Below, piece after piece: positions 40,232 through 52,200 of a DNA stretch of 64,000 nucleotides. The translations under genes were made by a program, and so were the position numbers. The notes below the pieces were generated by a model. It searched no databases and had not been told where the DNA came from. It saw only the letters and a program-made list of their open reading frames with translations. How positions within the stretch are numbered: position 1 is the stretch's first letter; every line of letters starts with the position of its first letter. The stretch comes from Phallusia mammillata (taxonomy: Eukaryota), in NCBI GenBank assembly GCA_965637545.1, contig OZ281501.1, positions 6,200,001 to 6,264,000 of the forward strand, read 5' to 3'.

Positions 40232-43200
40232 ATGAATGACGATTTAAGTGACAAATTAGATTCACTGTTAAGTGTGTGGTCATCAAAAATAAAAAGTGGA
40301 GATGATACAACACTGGAGAAAGCTAAAGAAGAATTAATACAAGCATGCAATTCTATTGTTTCACTACCATACAGCATTGTAAAACAAGGTAAATGTTTAA
40401 GGCAACTACCTATTTTGTCTATTGAAGGCGTTATCTCCAGTGTTCACCCATTCAGTCATTTACCCAATACTTGGCTATAATGGTTGTTTACTTGAATTGT
40501 CCTCTTTCTACTATGTAACATTGTGTTGTTTTACAATTGGCGCATCCTGATCTGGGTGTCTTAGCTGTTACTCATCAATTTAATTTGCATATTTAAATTG
40601 GTATTGATTTTTAGTTACTTTAAGGTTTTCATGAGAAAATTTTGAATGCTGTTTACTTTTTATGTGTATAATTGTATTATTTTTAGATGTTATTACAATG
40701 TTGTACATGATTGGCTGCAATCTTTCAAGAAACAATCTTGTGCCACTGGCAGTAAAAGTGTTTGAATGTGCTGTGGAAAGCTTCAATATCATCAGTGCAA
40801 GGAAAAGTGGAATGTTGGATACCGACGAAGTTATTTTAATGAAAATATTCTATGAGACTGGAGAGTGCTGGAAAAAGTTGCAAAACGCAAGTGGATTTTT
40901 CTATGTGTGTTTGTCACAAAGTTTTGTTCCACCAGAAAAGCTGTACTAGCACTTTCTATTAGTGCTAAATTGTATATATAGTTGGTGACATGTTATCATC
41001 ATCTGCTTTAATTCTTTAAAATCTTGTTTCATTAGTGCTTAACACTGTGCTTACAGATCATTGGTAAACATTGTTTGCTATTTTAGGATGAGAGGGCTGC
41101 AGAAAGTCTTCAATCCAGTTTAAATCTATCATTCCATTGTGGTGACTTATCATTTGAGAGAAAGGTATATTGGCTGATTTTGAACTCCACAATTATATAG
41201 CATGCCTGTCAGCAATACTTTGTGAAATTTTAACCGATAGATGTGTGATTATCAAAATAGTCATTGGCATAAAAAAATGTATTGTTTTTTTGCAGTTGTG
41301 TCTTAGTCTATCTGAGACTAAAATGAAGGTTGGAAGATACTCAGAAGCTGCTGTTGGTTATTTGCGAGCATTGACCATCTTAGATGATCTGTCGTATGTT
41401 GGCATAGAAAGTGCAGAGTAAGTTGTTAGCCATTTTTTTGGAAAAATAGAGTTGTAATTAAGAACAATATAACAAGTTACTTTATTTGCAATACCACAAT
41501 GTCTCTTTAAAGCTTGAATAGTGACTCATGGTTGTCCTTTTATGTACAAGTGCTTTGTGGAATTTGTGATACTTCGTTTCTATTCTTTTTTTAAACTGTG
41601 TTGAAAGCAGGATACTTTACAATTACACCTACAAAACTTATAATTTTAGCATATAATTTTATATATTTTCAGGGATCTTCAAGTAGAGAAGACCAGTATT
41701 CACAATCAGCTTGCTAGGGTTTATGTGGAATTAAAGTTGTACAATCAGGCTTTGGATCATGCTTTACTTGTTTACAAACACTGTGAAGGTGTAACAACCC
41801 CTGAGGTAACATTATTGTGTGTTTATTGTCAGTCAATCCCTAAATGTAAGTTGCTTGTTAGATACTAAAAATGATTGGCACACTGTATGACCATCTTGGG
41901 AATCCAGAATCAGCCCTGGAGTTTTACAAAAAGTGTTACAATGTTACAGAAAACAAAGGTTGGAAAAAATTGCAAATCAATTAATGCAACACTTTTAATT
42001 TAAACAAATTGCTCAAAATCCTTTTTATTTATCTGATATTGATTTCAGGGGCCAAGTTATCATCAGTTATCGAATGTATAGTTTGTGATTTGATTAAGCT
42101 TGAGAAACTTGATGAGGCTTTGGAATACATTAACAAGCAGTTAAAATGTGGAAGGTGAGCACAAACCATTTTTAGCTTATACATGTATATGTAACTAGTT
42201 TTCACTGGGCATTGTGATGTGCCAAAGCTTTGGTATCAATTCAAAACATTTTGCTATTTTATGAAGATTCAGTTGCAACAGTCTACTCAAAACAAAGATA
42301 AGAAAGCAACATAATTATTTTGTTGCTGTAACACTGCTGTTTTGTCTGTGGTAGCAGATATGTCTGATTTGGCCAAACTTTTCTAGCAAACCTACCAAAT
42401 GAATAAATTGGTCTGAATTTAGCACATACAGTACATCACTAGTTTTGCACCTTTGCAGTTGTTTTGTTTTGGATACCCAGGATATATATTGCTGAATTAT
42501 CTTATGAACCAAATCAAGTTTTAAGCAAGCTTGTTTAAAATGATGTAAAAACCTGCCTTCTACTTTACTTTTTACTAAGTTAGTAATATTTTTCATTGTT
42601 TTTGCACTTAGTGACAACAAAGATGAGTTCACTATTTTCTCTGCTGCATTGCACAAGGGGGATGTCTTCATGTTGACTGATGACGCAGAAGCAGCAAGAA
42701 GCCAGTTTAACTTTGCTATGAAATTGAGTCAAACATTTCCTGATGAGTACTTCTGTGAATGCAATGCTTTATGCAAGGTATGTTGCTTAGTGTAAGTTGA
42801 CGACAGCAGATTCCAAAATGTTCTCCTACGTTATTGTCTGTAAAAGTGCATGTGTGCTAGTGATGCATTTGTGCATTTTAAAATTTTTTGGTCAATTTAC
42901 TTATTAGATAGCTGACAGTTTTTCGGAAGAGGGACGTTACATGCATGCCCTATATGAGTGTGAACGTGCCCTAGCATTGGCACGCAAAAGTAAATCTCCT
43001 GATCTGCTTGATAAAATGCAACTGCAAGTGGCAATTCACAGTCAGCATTCAACATCTGAAAAAGTAAAAAAAAGTTCCTCAAGGTACCAGTTCTTGGCAT
43101 GTTGTGATTAACCTGTTTCAATTTTAAAGGAACTTTCTTCGGCTTTAGCTACTTTATGCGCGAATGTAAATCAACAATGTGGGGATTTTGAAATGCTCAA

Positions 43201-46200
43201 TGCCCAAGAACTTAAAGTGCCAACAGAGCAGATTGATAAGTTTTCATCTTGCTGTAAGGCAATACAGGTATGAATCAATTTAAATGTTTGTCTGTTAGTT
43301 TCGCATAACTTGTGAAACGTTTTTTTCATTGGAATATTAGGTTAGCTTTGAAAACATCATAATGCACCCTTTTTCTAAGGACCAGATAATGGTTTTTATG
43401 TCAGAAAAAAGTGTTACAAAAAATGTACTGATAAACGATATAACATGTAGCATAACTGCAGATTAAAATTTTCTAAACTTTTATATTTCCAATTTCAGGT
43501 ATTATTAAAATGCTATTGATTTGCATTGTTTAGGTGATTTTACATAGATTGCACCAACCAACAGCAGCATGTGTGATTGCAGAATGGTTAAATCAGTGCA
43601 TTGTGACTAACACTTGGACCACATATATACCAAATGTTACAGGTTGCTTATAAAACTATTTGTCTGTATTGGTTCTTTGTTTGTAAATCATTGTTTTACA
43701 TTTTTATGCAGATTTACTCTCTGGCAAAGAAATGAAGGATTTTAACTTTGAACATTACCTGTATCCAACGAGAGAAAATTGTACTGTCGTTTTTACCTGC
43801 TGCAGATATGGTAAGAGAGTTACTTTGAATTTGGTGAAAAGCCGAGATAGCAGCCTCAAACTTTGAAACTTGTTTGTCCTGTTTCAACTTGGCTACATTC
43901 ACTATTAGTTTCAATTACCCCTGATAGGTTACTAAATTTTAGTCAACGAATAAATCCTGTGAAACACATTTTCTCAGTTTTTTTGTTACTGCATGATTAA
44001 TTCTACCAATAAGGTTATCTGTCGTTTGGTGATGATGTCCTATATGATTTTATGGCAATATTTTTTTTATCACTTTAAGAAAATATTTCTTAGTGATTTG
44101 TTTCAGAGCAAATACAGAACAACATGTCACTAACCTTTATACCCATATAAGAACAGCACAAAAATTTGTTTCTTGTTTTCTTGAAAATAGTGATTTTTTT
44201 CTTAGACATTCTCACTAATATTTTGCACAATGGAAATGCCAGAAGTTTTCTGATGTCAGATCGTGTGATCAATATAAAGAAGACAATTGTCAGAATAAAA
44301 GCTCTACTCGAAGTTTTACAACCACAAAATGACAAAAAGTATTCCATGTTCTACCAGACAGAACAAAGGTGAGGCAATTTTCTTCATTTAAATAATAATA
44401 ACCGACAAACACTTGGTAAGTGTGATTCCAGTGCCTTTTTGGTTTATGCCCGTTTGTGACAACTACAAGATGCTGTGAGGTTTGGCATTCTGTGTCAACA
44501 GACTGTACCAAAACTGGGCAATACTGCCTGTATGGCCAATGTCTTTTTCATGAGCTGCACTGATGAGACGGAATAGATAAATGGAAACAGTGAACTGTCT
44601 ACATCTAATATATCATTGCATTGGCACAAAAAGTTGGCCACAAATCTACCTACCACACTCAAAAAATATTTCTGTTACTGCCTTAATGCCCTTTTTTGAC
44701 ATTTTTTGTTGATACTTGATCTCTGACGGTTGGGTTTGAAAGAAGTGTATCTGTTCAAACGATGACATAAAGACAGTTAAACTGCAACTTGTCGCATAAC
44801 TTGGTTAATTGCAATAAATCGCTAAGTGGATATGCGGTTAAATGGATTCGTTTCGATTTAAAATTCATTTTTTGTTACGTACAAGCAAGATTGTTTTTAT
44901 AGAAACCTCCCTCAAGAGAGTACGAACAAAACTAAAACCGTTCCTCAAATTCAAAAGGAAGACGGTGCAGGAGACCAAATTCGAACATCCACTTCTAAAT
45001 CGCTTCCAACAACGGAAGAAGCTGGGGATCAAGGTAAAAATAAAAGACTATGTTTTTACCGGAGGCAGACGTTTTTTTTTTATTCATTTTGTCATTAGGC
45101 CTATCCACAGAATAGGTCTTATTCAAAGCCTGAAACCAATCAAAACAAATATTACCGAGTGTGGAGTCACACTCGCATTAAACCCGTTTTTTTAACTGAA
45201 GACCGAACCCAGGCCGGAAAGTTCCACCCGACTTACAACTTTGTGCAGTAAGGACAGAAACATGACAAGAACTGGCCAATTAGAAATAGGAAGACTGCTT
45301 TTACATTTTTTTCAGTCGGTAGTTCCGGCATTTTATTCATAATATTTTCTGAAATTTGCTTGCGTGAGAATTATCGCTCGCATTTTTTTGTTTTCAATTT
45401 TTTGTTGTAGAGATGGGGCCTGATGCAGCATTAAAGGAGCTCTTTGTTTTATTGATAAAACCCCTCGACGTAAATAAAGTTGAAACGGGGTCTTCAATAT
45501 GTATCATGGCCGACGACTTTCTCGCGGAGGTGACATTTTTATTTCCTAGTGTTGAATAAATGATGGAGAAAATAATTGCAAGCGAAACCCATACATCAAG
45601 AATTGGTCGAATGTTAATGAGGACCAGCGCCACTATTGTTGCTCAAAGCATAGGTTTGAAATTAATGTAAACAAGTTAACGTTGCAGAACGAGAAGTAAT
45701 CCATTTTAATTCTATTTAAATAAAAGACTGATAGTGCCTGCAAGGTTGAAATCTTATCTTTTGCAACGAATCGGTTCAGAAATACAAGTTTTGCGTTTCC
45801 TAAAGTCAGATTTGCTTACATGAATAAACTTTCGCACTAATCTATTGATACGTCATGTCATAATACAGTAAACATGATCGGTCATATTTAACACTTTAAC
45901 ATTTTATCGTATAGGTTCCTTTTGACCAGTTGATTGATACCTCAAGTCAAAAACCGCTGGGAGAAACATTTCATATTTTCACAACTCCATGCTTTCTTGC
46001 ATTGAACAACAAGTAGGCTAATAGCGATATGTAATATTTTAAGTGTTTTTTAAAGATTGTTTGACATTTTGGAGGTCAGTATATTATGTGTCAATCCATC
46101 TATCTAGCTAACTGTTATTTGTAATTGCAGCAAATGTAACGACCATCCAAAATCGCATGGAAAGTCTAGTGGAAGTATTCGGTATGTGAAAAAGAACACA

Positions 46201-49200
46201 TATATCATTATAGATCAGTTGAAGTGCATGCTTGGATACATTGTTGAAACTGTTAGATCTGCCTTTTTAACCCATTTTCTTATCAACTCTTTACAACTGA
46301 TTCCTCAAATCTATGCACCCTTGACATTGATGTAACAACTGTGCCAATTTTTAACCCGTTTTGCAGACGTAAAACAAATGCGAATTGACATTTTTCAAAA
46401 GAACTAAGTGTATCAAACTTGTGTTGTAAATGTTATGTAACTAGATTGCAACACTTTTCGGCTAACTAATTTTTACCTACATTTTTTGGTGGAACCCTAT
46501 ACCCCCTTCAGACACATTAACCCCTGCGGCTGTTGTGATAAAGAGTGATATCATATAGATTACTTTAGTATCCAGTATCACTTACACCAGGACTTCCCAA
46601 ACTGGGAGTCGCGTAACAAACTTGAGGGGTCGCAGAGAGCTTCACCATTTTACGCAAAGTATACTCCATATTAAACTATTCTACGTTTCAGTCGTTTAAT
46701 TCGAAACACAGTTGTTTAAACCGGTACGATTTCGCAAAAAAACATTATTTTTGACTGAACTGTAGATTCTTCGTAAATAAATCGGTTTATGACGTCATAT
46801 GCCAATAAAAAAATTCGAGAAAAATTTAAGTCATTGTACAACAGCATAACATTGGCGGTCTGCTTGCTATTCTAACCCACATCCTAAAGATTTTGCATTG
46901 TCTTCCAGTGAACAGAAACTTGCTGAAACATTTCACAAGCCATCAGAGTTGTTCTCACTACAAACCATCGGCATCGCCAAAGACCTTTCCGGTTTAGTGA
47001 CGTCATCAGCCACGGGCGTGAGTGTGATGACGTCACCGCGATACGTCACTCCGCACAAACGCGTAAGCAGGACTGCTTAGTTGTTACGTGTGAGCAAATA
47101 CTTAATATTGTTTTGCAAAAAGGTGCCGTTTCCTCTCAAGACATCTGTTATCGGAGGTCCTGTTATGCCTGCCGAACTAAAATATGAAAATACCGTTTGG
47201 AAGCCAAAAAAACGCATGACGGCGGCCGTTAAAGAATGTAACAAAGTAGGTTACGATATTTTGTCGAATTTAAGATACTGCACGGGCCTGGTAATAAAAA
47301 AATGCTTTGCAGCCCATAACTTGAAAATCATGGCGTAGCCTATACTCTACTAACAATTAAATAACCGCCCTTAATTATACATTTTGCCGTTTGGTTATTT
47401 TCGGCATCTTGGCAAATGTTTTTGAAGTTGCTCAGAAAATAACTAGGTTAGACCTAATTTTGCTGCGCAGATTGCCGAGTATTTGAACGTAGACGCTATG
47501 ACTGGAGAAGAAGCGACCAAAGACAAGTTTTTGTCCGAATTTTCTGAAGTCACGTTAATGCATGTGACAACTTATGCTGACCTATCAAAAGGTTATGACA
47601 TTTTTATGCTATTTCTTGATTTATGTAACTAACTTGGAAACTTATGAAGGCAGAATCAAAGAGTTGTTTCAAATAAACATGTTTATAAAGCCTAATTTCT
47701 CAAGATAATTTTGTCTGTTTTGTTTCAGCCTTTGACAACAAACCCCTATTTTACCGTACGAAAAGATGAAAATATTCTGATTTACGTAAAAGGTCTTGTC
47801 TGAATTAGTTTCAATTGTTCTCAAATCACAAAATTTTGCTCCTTATGTGAGCTTTTTGGAACCACAGTTTGGCGGCCACTGGATTATACCTGGTCCAGAT
47901 CCAATGTATAACTTCATAATAAAATGAAAACAGTTTTTAAAGCACAAAAGATTTTTGTAGATGCGAAACATTTTTCACAGGTGTTTTGGCATTCAAGCCT
48001 AATAGTTTTCCCGCTGAGGACTCGCCCTACTCCCCCTTGAGCTATCTGGTAACACTTCAAGACTTCATTGAAAGAAAACCCAGTAACTTACAACTTATGG
48101 TTATCTCATCTGGTCACGGTTGGACGAACACGGATGTAAAGTTGCCGCAAATTTTGTTAACCGCAGGTACGTGTGTTTTTTACTTTGTTATTTATGGATA
48201 TAAAATTGAGTTACTTATTATAGTTATTATTAGAATCACCAAAAATGCAATTCATTGTATCGAACCTGACAAATAGGCATTAAAAATTATTAAAACAATG
48301 GCACACAAAATGAAAACCACGAAACGATGATATGATGAAACAAAATATTTGAAAATTATTTTTCATCTACGTACAGCAAAACATCTAATTCAACGTTGTA
48401 TTTTATGGTGTTTACTTTCAATATGACTCGCTTGAAAAATGCTCTTACATCTCGTTAAAATGGCGCCCTTCCATTATACTGTGAAATAGAGGAGTTTTTC
48501 ATTTAAAAGTAAACAAAAAATGTTTTTTGACGTGGAAAAAACTTAAAAGGCAACCAATAAAGTTGGTTAAATCTAATCTTCAACAGGCTCGGTTATTGAA
48601 ATTAGGAAGTGTCCAGCAACAGTTGGAACACGAACACATCTGTAATACAGTGTTTTGCATGCTAACTGAATTGATCAGACAATGCACATTACAAATCACA
48701 GAAACTTTGTTAGTGGGCATGGTTTAACTTGGCACAGAAGTTTTCATAATGCCACGTATGGTGTAAAATCTCAATTGAAAATGCGTTCACTCACACCAAT
48801 GTGCATTCACGTAAGTAAACGACAAATCAAAAACGCGACTATGCAGAACAATGCAGTGGATTTTAAGCGATAAACACTGGCAACGCCACCGCCAATTACA
48901 CTGTTGTAACGTCCTGTTAATACGTTTACAGCGACTACAGTTGAATAACCAGTAGCATGCATGGTATCGCACATTTTGCTTTCTTCAATGCTACCACAAG
49001 CCTGTACTTCGCTCCCTACTCCCTCACACTGGCTTTCAGATACAGTAATTGTTTTGCGAAAACAAAAACGGTGTCGTATTTTCACACGGATACATGAGGA
49101 ACAGTCCGTCCAACTAGACCAGGGAGCCCATCGAGCCAGGACGCAATACGTGTCAGTACAAGTTTCGCTATCTAGGCGCCACTGGCGTCCTAAGCAAGGC

Positions 49201-52200
49201 GGGTGCAGGCATCGACGTGTTGTAAACTTAACACACGCCGATGCACACTGGGTACCAACTGTCGCCCAATCGTTCCAAAGACCCTGGGATTTTACTGGAC
49301 AGTAACCCCACTCGTCAGACCGGTATTCATTAGTTAACTCCGATACTGTGGCGCACCAGTATGTGCTTATTGGGAGGCGGCGTGTTGGCGTTGGTTCATT
49401 GGTGCATGCGTGGTATGTGACACTGTTATATACGAACGGAAAAATACAAGGCGAAAAGGCTGGTCGATGTTGAGCAGTGGACGTAGCGACCATGATAGGG
49501 AAACTTCCTAAATCAGGACAAGGTGGTACGTTGCAATAAGCAATTGTTGTTGTTCGCCACCGTTCATTGGTGATACAAAACGGGCGTGGTCTTTTACCTC
49601 CTGGATTTCGGCAGCCCGCTTGAGAAAAATCGAGGTCCGGGTGATCGTTGCTTATGGTGTGATACTGGTCGTAGTTGTTCCAGCGTTTGCAAGCGGCTGT
49701 TCCGTGGTAAGCTGGGTTATTGCTATTAAACTCACGTCCACGTGTGCGTGCATCGTAACATGTACGCTGTTTGTCGCATTCAAAATTATTGCAGAAACCA
49801 CCCTCTTTTTCGTGGTCTCCAATACAGGGTGGGTAGCGACAAATCCGCCGGAGAACAGTTGTCCCACGTCCGCAAACGCTACTGCATTTCCCGACACTGG
49901 TCCAGGCGCTCCATGTTCCTATTTGCTGTGTTGCGCATGTAGAGAATTTAAACTCTTCGCTTGTAATCCGAGCATAAGCACAAAAATGGTCGTGTTCCGA
50001 ATCCGGACTTTTCTGACATGAATGAACCGTCTTGCCGCGTAACTTGAATGGAAAAATACACTCACCGCCATTTAGGGTATAAATAGGTTCAACCAGCTGA
50101 CATCTAGGTACATCGCAGACTTTTAATCCGACTGGAGAGTTGTTTTTTCGTTTAGCATAGCACACTGGGAGCGTAGAGTCTTCAGGAATTGGATTTCTAC
50201 AGTAGTTGTGGTTTCTATCGCCCAGTACATCCTTTCTGCTCCAATCACGGAACGTATGAGCTAGTCGTGGTGAAGCAAAAACTGTTGTCCATTTCTCGCA
50301 TACCAAGCCGTCTATAAATTTCGACATTGTGCCTCTGTACGCTGTTGAGTCGCTACCCATACACTCAGGACATGGATGCGTATTGCATTGGCCTCGGAAT
50401 GTTATCTCGTCGCCAGGATAGGCCGAGCCACATGGAGGATAACGGCAATGCTGGCGATATTTGATTTTTCCCCCACCGCACGCCTCACTGCAGCCATTTG
50501 CCCCTCTGATAGCAGTTATCGGTGAAAACGTCCCTCTATAAGCTCGCGGGCAAATACCCCATCTAGTGTCCGTTGCCCGTTGCGGACTTTGGTCCGAGTT
50601 TCCCAATGTGGCGCACACAGCAAATCTAAAAGTGTGAGTTCCCTGTACGTTTTCGAACGAAATGTCTTCTTCGATGCACTTTTGGTACGTTTTGCCTAAG
50701 CTTATAAACGGAAACACACATGGTCTGTCATTATCTGGGCCTCCAACGGTCCTAACCTCGCCTGGAAGAAGAGGGCAACGCATAATATCACAATACATCC
50801 ACCTCAAATCTGTGTCCACAAAGCACCACGGCGCCACACGAAAACCAAACGGGCTTGGGTTTCGGCAATACGAATGTACAAGATCTAACCCTGCACCCTT
50901 AGCGGCGTAAAAATGATATTTGCTATCCTTGTTTCGCCAGTCAATACACGTATCACCTCCCAGAGTACGACTCACTGTTCCTATGTACGCATGCCCTTCC
51001 CCGTAAAAACAATCGACGTTTTCCCCCATAGTTACCTTCCAGGTACATCTGTGAGTGTTGCATGACCCTTCATATTTCAACTTTGACCCTTCACACAACG
51101 GTATCAGACACTCTCGAATGTACATCCACTGGCCACCGTCACACATTTTACTGCAAGTCGTGGTCTTATTCCAAGCCGTCCACTTGCCTTGGTATATAGA
51201 TGGACATCTAGCCCAAGTTTTAGGGTTCTCGTCGTTGAAGTTCTCATCATGTGGGCAATAGTAAACTCCACTACGAGGCACACAGTTGAAATAATACTCC
51301 CCTAGGAATTGGTAAGGAAAATGACACGGTTTTACCACCTGTATTTTCCCTTCCTCTGGAATTGTGTACGAAATGCCACGCATGTGAACATCGTTGCAAT
51401 GCGGAACTTCGCAGTATGAAGTAGCCATTTCAGTTGATACGAAGCACCAGGGAAGTTTTTCTGCTCCCAAAGGATTGCGGCAATAGCTACCTTCTAACTC
51501 GGCGCGTAGTGATGGTTTAAAATGGGTGTTATGCGTTTCAAATGATTTCCACGGCAAACAAGTTACTCCTCCTAGCGCCACGGAGACATTGCCGCGGTAT
51601 GTTTTCCCGTTATCTTCAAGACATGTCTTGCAAGGCTGAGTGTTACAGACTGGGTGATGGCCTTTATCTTGCTCTTCGTTACACGGTGGGTGCAAGCACG
51701 TACGAGTCCTCATAAATTTTCCACCGCCACACACAGCACTGCACCTGCCATCCGACCACGATGACCAAGTCCCTATTGTTGCTGTTGGACAAATAGCAAA
51801 TATCCCCGATCTAAAGCCGTTCCTAAGCGCCGCAAACGACGAACCTCGTAGGTTTTTCGAGACATCGTTGGAAATAGCGCAGTAACGAAACTTATTGTCA
51901 CCAAAAGAGTTAAATGGTGTGCACGCTTCGTGAGACCCACGGTCCGCCCCGACAAAGGGAAAAATACACGTCTTTGCAGGTACAAGCACGTTCACAGTGT
52001 CTTTAGATATCGCCCACAATTCTCCCGGTTGAGTGGGGCACCTGGGTATGTCACAATATGCCCATTGCACGCTGTTATGCTTAATAACGTAACACCACGG
52101 TATGCGATGAACTCCTGGACTGGGGTTACGACAGTGGTTTTCACGAAGTCTTGGAAAACCTGTTGGTAAAAAACGGTTGCTATGGTGTGAGCCGTCGTCA

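Noticed and set aside
48527-48727. ORF as the next CHAT exon before the nested gene
   Set aside because: The phase-1 reading hits a stop and no frame has CHAT motifs; the expected motif is at 54273.
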